Of a stretch of DNA of 55,499 nucleotides, positions 46,088 through 55,365 are shown in pieces. The DNA is taken from positions 1-55,499 of the forward strand of contig CAJVYM010000002.1 in assembly GCA_913009415.1 (NCBI GenBank). The letters are read 5' to 3'. This DNA comes from an uncultured bacterium. GTDB taxonomy: Bacteria; Bipolaricaulota; Bipolaricaulia; UBA7950; UBA9294. The position numbers were made by a program, and so were the translations under genes. Below the pieces are notes generated by a model. That model saw only the letters and a program-made list of their open reading frames with translations, did no database searches and had not been told where the DNA came from. The stretch's first letter is position 1; each line of letters opens with the position of its first letter.

Positions 46088-49000
46088 ATGGCGATATCAG
46101 AGTCGGCAAGGGGCAAGACGGGAGCAGTTCTCGTGGTTGGAGCCGGCATTGGAGGGATGCAAGCCTCCCTGGATCTGGCGAACGCGGGATTCAAGGTCTA
46201 TCTCGTTGAGCAAGGTCCCGCCATTGGCGGAGCGATGGCACAGCTCGACAAAACGTTCCCCACCAATGATTGCGCGATGTGCACGATGGCTCCTCGCCTC
46301 GTCGACGTCGGTCGCCAGAAGGACATTGAAGTCATCACACTCGCCGACGTCGATGGCATCGTCGGTGAGCCGGGCAACTTCACAGTAAGCCTCACCAGAC
46401 GCGCCCGGTTCATCGATGTCGAGAAGTGCACCGGATGCGGCGAATGCGCCGAGGTCTGTCCGGTCAACGTGAAGAGTGAATTCAACCTTGCTTTGAGCGA
46501 CAGAAAGGCAGTCTACCGGCCCTATCCACAGGCCTACCCGAATGCATTTGCCATCGAGAAGGACGGAAAGAAGTCGCCGTGCAAGGTCGCGTGCCCGGCG
46601 AAAATTAATGCCCAGGGCTACGTTCGCTTAATATCGCAAGGGAAGTTCATCGAGGCGCTGTCCCTCATCCGAGAAAGAAACCCGTTCCCCGGCATCTGTG
46701 GCCGGGTCTGTCACCACCCGTGCGAGACTGCCTGCATGCGCCAGGAAATCGATGAGCCGATTGCCATCCGGCCGCTCAAACGCTTCGTCACCGACTACGC
46801 CATCGCTCAGGGGGAAGAGGCGCCGGTGGTACCACCGCGCACATCCGAGGCACGAGTAGCCATCGTCGGCGCCGGACCGTCAGGCCTCACCTGCGCCCTA
46901 CGGCTCGCCGAGATGGGGTACAGCACTGTGGTCATCGATGCAGCCGATTCACCGGGCGGGATGATGACCGGATGTCTGCCCGACTACCGCATTCCGGTCG
47001 ACATCGCCCGCTACGACATCGATCGTATCCTGTCTCACGGCATCGAACTCCGTCTTGGGACCCGGGTCGGGCAGGACACAACGCTGGCGCAGCTGCGGGA
47101 CGAATACGGGGCGGTCTACGTCTCGATCGGCGCACAGGATCCAGCGCCGCTGCCTCTTGAAGGGGTGGAGACACAAGGCGTGCTCTACGGCGTTCCGTTC
47201 CTACGTGCGGCGAAGCGAAGCGAGACTCCAGAAGGATTCGGCAAGCGTGTGGTTGTGATCGGCGGGGGGAACGTGGGCATTGACTGCGCCAAGACGGCAT
47301 CCCGCATGGGCGCAGATGAGGTCCACTTGGCGTGCCTCGAGACACGTGATCTGAAGTCACCAGATAGGATGCCGGCTCACGCGTGGGAGATCGAGGAGGC
47401 CGAAGAAGAGAGTGTCATCCTCCATCCCTGTGTTGGACCGAAGCGGGTTCTAACAGAGAATGGGCGCGTCATGGGACTCGAGACGAGGGTGTGCACCGCA
47501 GTCTTCGATCGCAATGGGAAGTTCTCCCCTCAATACGATGACGACGTACCGAGCGCCCTCATCAAAGCGGATACGATCATTATCGCCATCGGCCAGCGCT
47601 CCGACTTGACCGGATTCGAGGATCTTGACCACGAACGTGGTCGGATCACCGTCGATCCCATCACGTTTCAGACGAGCATCCCCAACGTTTTCGCCGGCGG
47701 CGACATCGTCTCCGGCCCGGCCTCGGTGGTCGAGGCCGTCCAGTGCGGAAACGAGGCGGCGGTATCAATCGACCGTTTCCTCCGAGGCGAAGATCTGGCG
47801 TCAGGACGCGTCGTCGATGAAGAGACCATCGACGAGGTTCGCGAGTGGCTACCCGCGAGCCCGCGGGTGGATCTTCCCAAGGCTGCGGCAGACGAACGGC
47901 GGAAGGACTTTCGCGAGATCGAATCCGGCTATACTGAAGAGATGGCGATCGCCGAGGCGAATCGCTGTCTCAGCTGCTCGGTCTGTGCCGAATGCCTTCA
48001 GTGCGTTGAGGCCTGCAAGGCCGAAGCGATCGATCACGCCATGACCGACGATCATGTAGAACTCAACGTCGGCGCCGTCGTCCTCGCTCCGGGATTCACT
48101 CTCTACGACACCGACCGGAAGCTCGAATTCGGGTCCGCATGGACCCCCAATGTCATTTCGAGTCTACAGTTCGAGCGAATCCTGTCCGCCAGTGGTCCGT
48201 ACGAGGGCCAGGTCCTCCGGCCGTCAAGCGGAGAGCATGCCAAGCGGATCGCCTTCATTCAGTGCGTCGGATCGCGCGAAGAAGATCACGACTACTGCTC
48301 GTCGGTCTGCTGCATGTACGCCACCAAAGAAGCTATCATCGCGATGGAGCACGAACCGGACATGGAGTGCACGATCTTCTTCATGGATCTTCGCGCATTC
48401 GGCAAAGGTTTCGAGGCCTACTACGAGCGGGCCAAGGAGTTGGGTGTGCGCTACGTCCGCTGCCGGCCCTCGGCTGTCAGCCAGATCGAGGGGTCGGACG
48501 ACCTGCGCGTTGAGTACATCGACGAACAGGGACACACAGCATTCGCTGACTCCGACCTGGTAGTGCTATCGGCCGGACTCGAACCGTCGGCCGGGGGGCG
48601 GACGTTGAGTGAACGCCTCGGAGTCGAGTTGGACGTAAACCACTTCGCCTCGACGTGTGCCTTCACGCCGGTTGTAACGTCGCAGCCGGGCATCTACGTC
48701 TGCGGCACCTTCTCCGAACCGAAAGACATCCCGGAGACCGTCACCGAAGCCTCGGGGGCCGCCGCGCAAGCGATGGCGCTCCTCTCCGAGAGCCGTCATT
48801 CCCTGGTGACCAGGAAGGAGTATCCGCCGGAGAAGGACGTCCGCGGCCAGCGGCCGAGGATCGGCGTGTTTATCTGTCACTGTGGAATAAACATCGGTGG
48901 TGTCGTCGACGTTCCTGCAACCGTCGAATTCGCCCAGTCGCTGCCCGGCGTCGCCTATGCCGAGCATAACCTCTATACCTGCTCGAGCGACACCCAGGAC

Positions 49001-50524
49001 AAGATCAAGGGACTTATCGAGGAGCACCAGCTGAATCGCGTGATCGTCGCCTCATGCACTCCGCGAACGCACGAGCCACTCTTCCGGGACACGATTCGGG
49101 AGGCCGGCCTCAATCCCTACCTGTTTGAGATGGCCAACATCCGCGATCAGTGTTCGTGGGTGCATAGGAACGAGCCCGCAGCCGCAACGGAGAAGGCGAA
49201 GGAACTGGTCAAGATGGCGGTCGCCAAGTCCCGTCTGCTGGAACCTCTATATATCAGGCCCGTTCCGGTCACCAGCGCCGCACTCGTGATCGGCGGTGGC
49301 ATCGCGGGGATGTCCGCGGCACTCAACCTTGCCGACCAAGGATTCGCCGTCCATCTCGTCGAGCGGGAGTCGGAGCTGGGAGGGAATCTGAGGCACATCC
49401 GGTATCTCTTGGGGAATGAGGCTGATCCTCAAGTGGAGCTGGAGACGATCATTAAGAAGGTCAGGGCACATCCGAACGTGAACCTCTGGCTCGATTCGAC
49501 AATCCGCCGAGTCGATGGATTCGTCGGTAATTTCGTCTCCACCATCGTGCGCGGTGACGAAGAGGAACTGGTCGAGCACGGCGTTGTCATCGTTGCCACC
49601 GGCGCTGAGGCGTATGCGCCCACGGAGTATCTGTACGGTTCGGACGAGCGAGTGATCACCCAGCGGCAGCTCGAGGAGCGGCTCGCCGACGGTAAGCTGG
49701 ACGCCAAGCGAATCGTGATGATCCAATGTGTCGGCTCCCGCGAGGAAGGGCGGATGTACTGCAGCCGAATCTGCTGTGGACAGGCGATCAAGAACGCGCT
49801 CAAGATCAAAGCGGACCATCCGAAGAGCGACGTGTTCGTTCTCTACCGAGACGTCCGAACGTACGGCTTCAAGGAGCAGTACTACACGGAAGCACGGCGC
49901 CAGGGGGTGAGGTTCGTCCGCTACGATCCGGAAAACAAGCCAACCGTCGGTGCACAGGGGGAAAGGCTGCGCGTCGAGGCATTCGATCCCGTTCTGCAAA
50001 CCACGCTGGCGATTGATGCCGATTTGGTGGTATTGGCACCGGCGATCGTGCCGCGGAAGGACGCGGAGGACGTGGCGCAGATGCTCAAGGTACCGCTGAC
50101 CGGCGAGGGATTCTTCCTCGAAGCCCACATGAAGCTGCGACCGGTCGACTTCTCGGCCGACGGTGTCTTCCTTGCCGGATTGGCTCACTCTCCCAAGGGG
50201 ATCAACGAATCGATCGCTCAAGCCCAGGCGACGGCCGCCCGAGCTGCCACGATCCTTTGCAAAGACGAATACACCCCGGAGGCGATCATCGCCAGCGTTG
50301 ACGAAGAGGTGTGTGCCGGCTGCGGTATCTGTGTCTCGGTGTGCAGCTACGATGCGCCGGAGATCATCAAAGTACACGGCCGGAGCGTCTCTCATGTCAA
50401 CCAGGCCTTGTGCAAGGGCTGCGGAGCGTGCGCCAGTGCGTGTCCCTCCGGAGCGATGCAGCAACTCGGATTCCGGCCGAGACAGATCGCCGAAATGGTC
50501 AGTGCGGCACTGGAGCGGAAATGA
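46088..50524 (+). CDS. hdrA: giant HdrA-like flavoprotein: HdrA FAD domain with an inserted NfnB/GltD-like NAD(P)H oxidoreductase module, fused to a second HdrA-like unit
   Basis: 1478 aa. HdrA signatures: VVGAGIGGMQASLDLA, LDKTFPTNDCAMC, CTGCGECAEVCP, IQCVGSREEDHDYCSSVCCMYATK. GltD/NfnB-like insert: CPAKINAQGYV...NPFPGICGRVCHHPCETAC, VAIVGAGPSGL, VVVIGGGNVGIDCA, VFAGGDI. Second unit: IGVFICHCGINIGG, ASCTPRTHE, NPYLFEMANIRDQCSWVH, VIGGGIAGMSAALNLA, IQCVGSREEGRMYCSRICC, and 2x CxxCxxCxxxCP at the C-terminus. Confidence 0.9.
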   Translation: MAISESARGKTGAVLVVGAGIGGMQASLDLANAGFKVYLVEQGPAIGGAMAQLDKTFPTNDCAMCTMAPRLVDVGRQKDIEVITLADVDGIVGEPGNFTVSLTRRARFIDVEKCTGCGECAEVCPVNVKSEFNLALSDRKAVYRPYPQAYPNAFAIEKDGKKSPCKVACPAKINAQGYVRLISQGKFIEALSLIRERNPFPGICGRVCHHPCETACMRQEIDEPIAIRPLKRFVTDYAIAQGEEAPVVPPRTSEARVAIVGAGPSGLTCALRLAEMGYSTVVIDAADSPGGMMTGCLPDYRIPVDIARYDIDRILSHGIELRLGTRVGQDTTLAQLRDEYGAVYVSIGAQDPAPLPLEGVETQGVLYGVPFLRAAKRSETPEGFGKRVVVIGGGNVGIDCAKTASRMGADEVHLACLETRDLKSPDRMPAHAWEIEEAEEESVILHPCVGPKRVLTENGRVMGLETRVCTAVFDRNGKFSPQYDDDVPSALIKADTIIIAIGQRSDLTGFEDLDHERGRITVDPITFQTSIPNVFAGGDIVSGPASVVEAVQCGNEAAVSIDRFLRGEDLASGRVVDEETIDEVREWLPASPRVDLPKAAADERRKDFREIESGYTEEMAIAEANRCLSCSVCAECLQCVEACKAEAIDHAMTDDHVELNVGAVVLAPGFTLYDTDRKLEFGSAWTPNVISSLQFERILSASGPYEGQVLRPSSGEHAKRIAFIQCVGSREEDHDYCSSVCCMYATKEAIIAMEHEPDMECTIFFMDLRAFGKGFEAYYERAKELGVRYVRCRPSAVSQIEGSDDLRVEYIDEQGHTAFADSDLVVLSAGLEPSAGGRTLSERLGVELDVNHFASTCAFTPVVTSQPGIYVCGTFSEPKDIPETVTEASGAAAQAMALLSESRHSLVTRKEYPPEKDVRGQRPRIGVFICHCGINIGGVVDVPATVEFAQSLPGVAYAEHNLYTCSSDTQDKIKGLIEEHQLNRVIVASCTPRTHEPLFRDTIREAGLNPYLFEMANIRDQCSWVHRNEPAAATEKAKELVKMAVAKSRLLEPLYIRPVPVTSAALVIGGGIAGMSAALNLADQGFAVHLVERESELGGNLRHIRYLLGNEADPQVELETIIKKVRAHPNVNLWLDSTIRRVDGFVGNFVSTIVRGDEEELVEHGVVIVATGAEAYAPTEYLYGSDERVITQRQLEERLADGKLDAKRIVMIQCVGSREEGRMYCSRICCGQAIKNALKIKADHPKSDVFVLYRDVRTYGFKEQYYTEARRQGVRFVRYDPENKPTVGAQGERLRVEAFDPVLQTTLAIDADLVVLAPAIVPRKDAEDVAQMLKVPLTGEGFFLEAHMKLRPVDFSADGVFLAGLAHSPKGINESIAQAQATAARAATILCKDEYTPEAIIASVDEEVCAGCGICVSVCSYDAPEIIKVHGRSVSHVNQALCKGCGACASACPSGAMQQLGFRPRQIAEMVSAALERK

Positions 50525-51081
50525 TTCCGGACACAAGCTTTGCCGCCGCCGTCCAAGAACGAAGCGGAGAGAAACTGGCCGCCTGCTATCAGTGTCTGAA
50601 GTGCACGGCCGGCTGCCCTCTGTCTTCCCACATGGATCTCAAACCGAACGCGATTCTGCGGATGATCCAATACGGGCAGCGAGAGCGCGTTCTAAAAAGC
50701 CACGCCATCTGGTTCTGCGTCTCGTGCATGACGTGTGGTGTGCGCTGCCCGAACGACATCGACATCAGCGTGGTCATGGACACCCTGCGGGAGATGGCGA
50801 TCGAAGAGGGCTACGCCTACGCCGCGGAGAAGCGCGTTGTGCAATTGCACGAAGAGTTCGTCCGGTCGGTCAAGCTTTGGGGGCGGCTGCATGAGGTGAC
50901 TTTCTACATGGCATACATGGCCCGCAGCTTAGACATAATAGCCAGCATCCCATCCGGACTGGCGTTGATGGCGCGAGGGAAACTTCCGTTTCTGCCGAAG
51001 CGAATCAAGGGCGGAAAGCAGATTAAGCGGCTGTTCAAGGAAGCATACAAGACCAAGGGCCAGCTGGAGGAGGAGGCATAG
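50521..51081 (+). CDS. hdrC: heterodisulfide reductase subunit C-like protein
   Basis: 186 aa from ATG 50521 (ATGA overlap with hdrA). Motifs: CYQCLKCTAGCP and CVSCMTCGVRCP. Confidence 0.9.
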   Translation: MIPDTSFAAAVQERSGEKLAACYQCLKCTAGCPLSSHMDLKPNAILRMIQYGQRERVLKSHAIWFCVSCMTCGVRCPNDIDISVVMDTLREMAIEEGYAYAAEKRVVQLHEEFVRSVKLWGRLHEVTFYMAYMARSLDIIASIPSGLALMARGKLPFLPKRIKGGKQIKRLFKEAYKTKGQLEEEA

Positions 51082-51956
51082 TGGCCGAGTATTCGTTCTA
51101 CCCCGGTTGCACGGCACACTCGACCGGACTCGAGTACAACCTGTCGCTTCATGCCGTCGCCCACGCCTTGGGTATCGAGTTGAAAGAGATTGACGATTGG
51201 AACTGCTGTGGCGGTGCTGCAGCACGCAGCATCAGCAATCTTCTCGGTCTGGCGCTTCCTGCCCGGAACATCGCTAAGGCACAGGAATGTGACCTTCCTC
51301 TGGTGATCCCCTGCCCAGGGTGCTTCAACGCGACGCGACGCGCGCAATATGCGTTGATAAACGATCCCGAGATGAGAGAAAGGCTCGAGGAGGTCGTCGA
51401 ATTCAAGTACAAGCCCGGGCTCGAGATCGTGTCGATGCACCAAGTCTTCCTCGAACCGGATGTACTGGATCGGCTGGCCGAATCCGTGAACAGGCCGTTA
51501 CGCGGCTTGAAGATCGCGTCCTATTACGGATGTGCACTCGTCCGCCATCCCGAGATCGTGCAGATGGGCGACTACGAAAATCCCGTCTTTTTCGATCGGC
51601 TGGTCGAGTTGCTCGGCGGCGAGCCGATCGACTGGTCGTACAAGACCGACTGTTGCGGCGCCGATCTGGCAATGACCCACGGCAAGATCGCGGCTGAGAT
51701 CGCCGACAACATCGTAGCTGGGGCGATCGAAGCAGGTGCGGACTGCCTCATGGCCAGCTGCGGGCTTTGTCAGGTCAACCTCGACATGAGACAGACGGGA
51801 AAGGAGCAGAAAAAGCTCCCCACGTTCTACTTTACGGAGCTGATGGGCGTCGCCCTCAATCTGCCCAAGCAGAGCCAGTGGTGGGGCATGCACATCGTGA
51901 GTCCGAAGCCCCTGTTGAGGGCAACGCGGCTTCTGCGGCGTGGGGGTCGATCATGA
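51081..51956 (+). CDS. hdrB: heterodisulfide reductase subunit B-like protein (two CCG domains)
   Basis: 291 aa, GTG start overlapping the hdrC stop. Motifs: YPGCT, DWNCCGG, YYGCA, CCGADL. Confidence 0.9.
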   Translation: MAEYSFYPGCTAHSTGLEYNLSLHAVAHALGIELKEIDDWNCCGGAAARSISNLLGLALPARNIAKAQECDLPLVIPCPGCFNATRRAQYALINDPEMRERLEEVVEFKYKPGLEIVSMHQVFLEPDVLDRLAESVNRPLRGLKIASYYGCALVRHPEIVQMGDYENPVFFDRLVELLGGEPIDWSYKTDCCGADLAMTHGKIAAEIADNIVAGAIEAGADCLMASCGLCQVNLDMRQTGKEQKKLPTFYFTELMGVALNLPKQSQWWGMHIVSPKPLLRATRLLRRGGRS

Positions 51957-54900
51957 GCCCCGGCGCGAATCGAGACGTGCTTGTGGTCGGAGCCGGAATC
52001 GCCGGACTTCAGTCGTCGCTGCTTCTGGCTGAGAAGGGACACCACGTATGGTTGTTGGAGAGCGCTCCGGCCATCGGTGGGTTCTTCCCGCTTCTCGACC
52101 GGACGTTCCCGACGAACTCATGCGGCGTCTGCTTCATGAGTCCAACACCTCCGGCGTTCTGTCCGATCTACGAGAGTGAGTTCCACGAGAACATTACCCT
52201 GCTCCCTCACTCCGAACTTCGCGAGGTCACCGGCGAGGCGGGCAACTTCAGCGTCTCGTACACCAGGAAGCCCAGGTTCGTCGACCCACAACGGTGCACG
52301 CTGTGCAATCGCTGCGCCGAGGTCTGCCCGGTGGAGGTCGAACGTGAATTCGGCGCCGGACTGGAGAAGCGGAAAGCGATCTACCTTCCGTTCCCTCAGG
52401 CAATTCCGCGCTCCTACGTCATCGATTCCGAGACATGTACCCGTTGCGGAGCCTGTGCAGAGGCCTGTCCCGTCGACGCCGTCGATCTCGACGCCCAACC
52501 GGACGGGGATACGCTAAACGTTGGCGCCATCGTCCTCGGCTTCGGGTTCGAGCCGTTTCGAGGGGAGCACAAGGGTGAGTACGGCCTCGGCCGCTACGAC
52601 AATGTCCTGTCGAGCGTCCAGTTCGAGCGCATGCTCAGTCTGTCGAGCCCAACAACCGGGCTCCCGACGCGACGCTCAGACGGTCGGAGTGTCAAACGGG
52701 TGGCGTTCATCCAGTGCGTCGGATCCCGTGACATCGCCTGCGGTCAGGGCTACTGCTCAACCATCTGCTGCATGTACGCCACCAAGCAAGCAATGCTGTC
52801 CATGGCCCGCACTCCGGAACTCGAAGCGACGATCTTCTACATGGATGTGCGGCCGATGGGGAAAGGCTACGAAAGGTATTACGAGCGGGCCAAGAACGAG
52901 TACGGTGTCCGCTATGTTAGGAGCGCCGTTTCGACGTTGAGAGAGCTCAAACAGACTCGCGATCTGCGCATTCGATACGCCCAGGACGACGGAGCATTGA
53001 TCGATGAGGAATTCGATCTCGTCGTCCTCTCTCTGGGATTCACACCTCCTCCAAGTGTCACTGAAACAGCTCAGCTCCTTGATGTTGAACTGGACGAGTA
53101 TGGCTTCTGCCTCACCGAGCCGTTCAACCCGACACAGACGTCCCGCCCCGGGGTTTTCGTCGCCGGCGCGTTCCGGCAACCGATGGACATCCCCGAGACG
53201 GTGGTTGAAGCATCCGCGGCGGCATCGGAGGCTTCGGCGCTGCTCTCATCTGTAACCGCCGCCGAGCCCGGCACAGATACTGCGGATACTGCGAGTGCCG
53301 TTAAGAGCGGACAGACTGAGGAGACGTCGAGGGTAGCCGTCTTCTTCTGCGATAGCAAGGGGATGCTGCGAGCCGGGATCCCACTGGACGAACTCATCAC
53401 AGAAGCGCGCTCCAACCCGGCCGTGTGCCACGTCGAGGAGATTGACGCAACGGTTCTTCGCGACGGTGCGGAGAAGATCGCCGAGAGAATCTCGGACCAA
53501 GGGCTGGATCGCGCTGTGCTCGCCGGGTACCGTGCTATGTCGTTGAAGAATGCACTGCGGCGGATGCCCAACAATGAGATGGCGCGCTGCGTGATCGAGT
53601 ACACAAGTATCGGAGAGCAGTGCGTCAGCGTCCATTCCGAGAATCCGGAGGCCGCTCTGCGCGTCGCGGGGGCACAACTTCGTGCCGCCATTAGGAAGGC
53701 TTCTCTGGCAACGCATCAGGCTGCGAGCGTACGTCCGCTCGAGTCCCGCGTCCTCGTGGTTGGGGGAGGGGTAGCCGGGATTACGTGCGCCCTGAGTCTT
53801 GCTGAGCAAGGAAACCCGGTGACACTCATCGAAGCGTCGGAAAGACTGGGTGGCAATGCGCTGCAGGCACGATACACCATCGATGGGAGCGACGTGCAAC
53901 CCTATCTCGCCGACCTGCTCGCCCGCGCAACAGGACATCCGGAAATCGAAATTCTGACCCAATCTACGTTGCAGGAGCTCACGGGAATCTGGGGAGCTTA
54001 CCGATCCGTCATTTCCACCCACGGTGACGAGAAGAACGTCACCCACGGAGCCGTCGTCTTTGCGGTCGGCGGAGCGGAGATGGTTCCGAACGAGTACTTG
54101 TACGGAGAGCATCCAAACGTGGTCACGCAACGGACGTTGGAGCAGATGCTCGCCGACAGCGATGTCAGAACCACCGCCGCGAAGTGTCTGGTGATGATCC
54201 AATGCGTCGGCTCGCGCGACGAGGATCACCCCTATTGCAGCCACGTCTGTTGCACGCACGCGGTGAAGAACGCCCTGAAAGTGAAGGAGCTGAATCCGGA
54301 GGCATCGATCGTCGTGCTCTACCGCGACGTAAGGACCTATGGACCGTATGAGGAGTACTACCGCCGGGCGAGGGAGGTTGGCGTCATGTTTGTTCGCTAT
54401 GACCCCGACGAAAAGCCAGTCGTCTCAGCGGAGGGAGGATCGCTGAGCGTCACGTTCCGCGATCCGGTCGCGCTCGACACACTGACGTTCGATGCGGATC
54501 TGGTCGCACTCAGCGCGGGAATACTGCCGAACGAGCAGATCACCGAACTCGCCGAGATTGCTCATCTGGATCTCGATCCGGACGGGTTCTTCGCCGAGGC
54601 GAATCCGAAGTCGGCTCCGCTCGATGCCGTCGATCGAGGGAAGTACTTCTGCGGGCTGTGTCATTCCCCGCAGCACATCGACGAGGCCATTCTGCAGGGA
54701 CGGGCCGCGGCGGCCCGTGCGGCGGCCCTTCTTTGGCGCGGGGTCGCGGAGCTGGCGGACAACCTGGCTACGGTGAACGAGAGGCGCTGTACCGGATGCG
54801 GCCTTTGCGTCAGCGCCTGCCCATACGAAGCCCGCGTCATCGACGAGGTCAGCGGGAAGGCGAAGGTGCTGGTGGAACTGTGTAAGGGATGCGGAACCTG

Positions 54901-54988
54901 TGTTGTGACGTGTCCGAATGCCGCCAGCCAACAAGAGAGTTACGAACGAGCAACCGTGATGGAAGTACTGGACGAGGTAATGACGTAG
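51953..54988 (+). CDS. hdrA: second, paralogous double HdrA-like flavoprotein (no NfnB insert)
   Basis: 1011 aa from ATG 51953 (ATGA overlap with hdrB). Motifs: VVGAGIAGLQSSLLLA, LDRTFPTNSCGVC, CTLCNRCAEVCP, CTRCGACAEACP, IQCVGSRDIACGQGYCSTICCMYATK, VVGGGVAGITCALSLA, IQCVGSRDEDHPYCSHVCC, CTGCGLCVSACP, CKGCGTCVVTCP. Collinear with the 1478-aa protein. Confidence 0.9.
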   Translation: MSPGANRDVLVVGAGIAGLQSSLLLAEKGHHVWLLESAPAIGGFFPLLDRTFPTNSCGVCFMSPTPPAFCPIYESEFHENITLLPHSELREVTGEAGNFSVSYTRKPRFVDPQRCTLCNRCAEVCPVEVEREFGAGLEKRKAIYLPFPQAIPRSYVIDSETCTRCGACAEACPVDAVDLDAQPDGDTLNVGAIVLGFGFEPFRGEHKGEYGLGRYDNVLSSVQFERMLSLSSPTTGLPTRRSDGRSVKRVAFIQCVGSRDIACGQGYCSTICCMYATKQAMLSMARTPELEATIFYMDVRPMGKGYERYYERAKNEYGVRYVRSAVSTLRELKQTRDLRIRYAQDDGALIDEEFDLVVLSLGFTPPPSVTETAQLLDVELDEYGFCLTEPFNPTQTSRPGVFVAGAFRQPMDIPETVVEASAAASEASALLSSVTAAEPGTDTADTASAVKSGQTEETSRVAVFFCDSKGMLRAGIPLDELITEARSNPAVCHVEEIDATVLRDGAEKIAERISDQGLDRAVLAGYRAMSLKNALRRMPNNEMARCVIEYTSIGEQCVSVHSENPEAALRVAGAQLRAAIRKASLATHQAASVRPLESRVLVVGGGVAGITCALSLAEQGNPVTLIEASERLGGNALQARYTIDGSDVQPYLADLLARATGHPEIEILTQSTLQELTGIWGAYRSVISTHGDEKNVTHGAVVFAVGGAEMVPNEYLYGEHPNVVTQRTLEQMLADSDVRTTAAKCLVMIQCVGSRDEDHPYCSHVCCTHAVKNALKVKELNPEASIVVLYRDVRTYGPYEEYYRRAREVGVMFVRYDPDEKPVVSAEGGSLSVTFRDPVALDTLTFDADLVALSAGILPNEQITELAEIAHLDLDPDGFFAEANPKSAPLDAVDRGKYFCGLCHSPQHIDEAILQGRAAAARAAALLWRGVAELADNLATVNERRCTGCGLCVSACPYEARVIDEVSGKAKVLVELCKGCGTCVVTCPNAASQQESYERATVMEVLDEVMT

Positions 54989-55040
54989 TCGGGAGATCGG
55001 ACGGCAAGTCGTTCGGACCCGGTGGATAAAGGAGGAGGCA

Positions 55041-55365
55041 GTGGACCAATTCGAGCCGAAGATCATCGCGTTCCTGTGCAACTGGTGCACCTACACCGGC
55101 GCGGACCTTGCGGGAACCAGCAGGCTCCAGTACCCGCCGAACGTGCGAATCGTGCGGCTGATGTGCACCGGCGCGGTAGACACAATCTATGTGCTGAAGG
55201 CTCTGATAGAGGGCGCGGACGGTGTTCTGATCGGTGGATGCCACCCCGGGGACTGTCACTACCAGAACGGGAACTACAAGGCACGGCGGAGGGTCGCAAT
55301 CCTGAAGGAGATCCTCGGGCAGATCGGGTTCGACGACGATCGGATCTGGCTCCGCTGGATCAGTG
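55041..55365 (+). CDS. mvhD: MvhD-like (methyl-viologen-reducing hydrogenase delta subunit family) protein, 3'-truncated by adapter sequence
   Basis: GTG 55041 behind AAGGAGGAGG. IIAFLCNWCTYTGADLAGTSRLQYPPNVRIVRLMCTG...GCHPGDCHY. The ORF-track C-terminus (EIGRAHV, stop at 55386) is encoded by Illumina adapter. Confidence 0.85.

Noticed and set aside
49247-50536. 429-aa minus-strand ORF (also 53246-54259, 337 aa, and 53071-53691)
   Set aside because: These are antisense to the HdrA-like genes. Their products are Arg/Gly/Asp-rich with no motif, so they are shadow ORFs of G+C-rich coding sequence.
46088-54988. Selenocysteine (in-frame TGA) in the HdrA-like proteins, as reported for some large Hdr-like proteins
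   Set aside because: Both ORFs are uninterrupted, with Cys codons at the conserved positions I checked. I noticed no in-frame TGA or SECIS-like hairpin.
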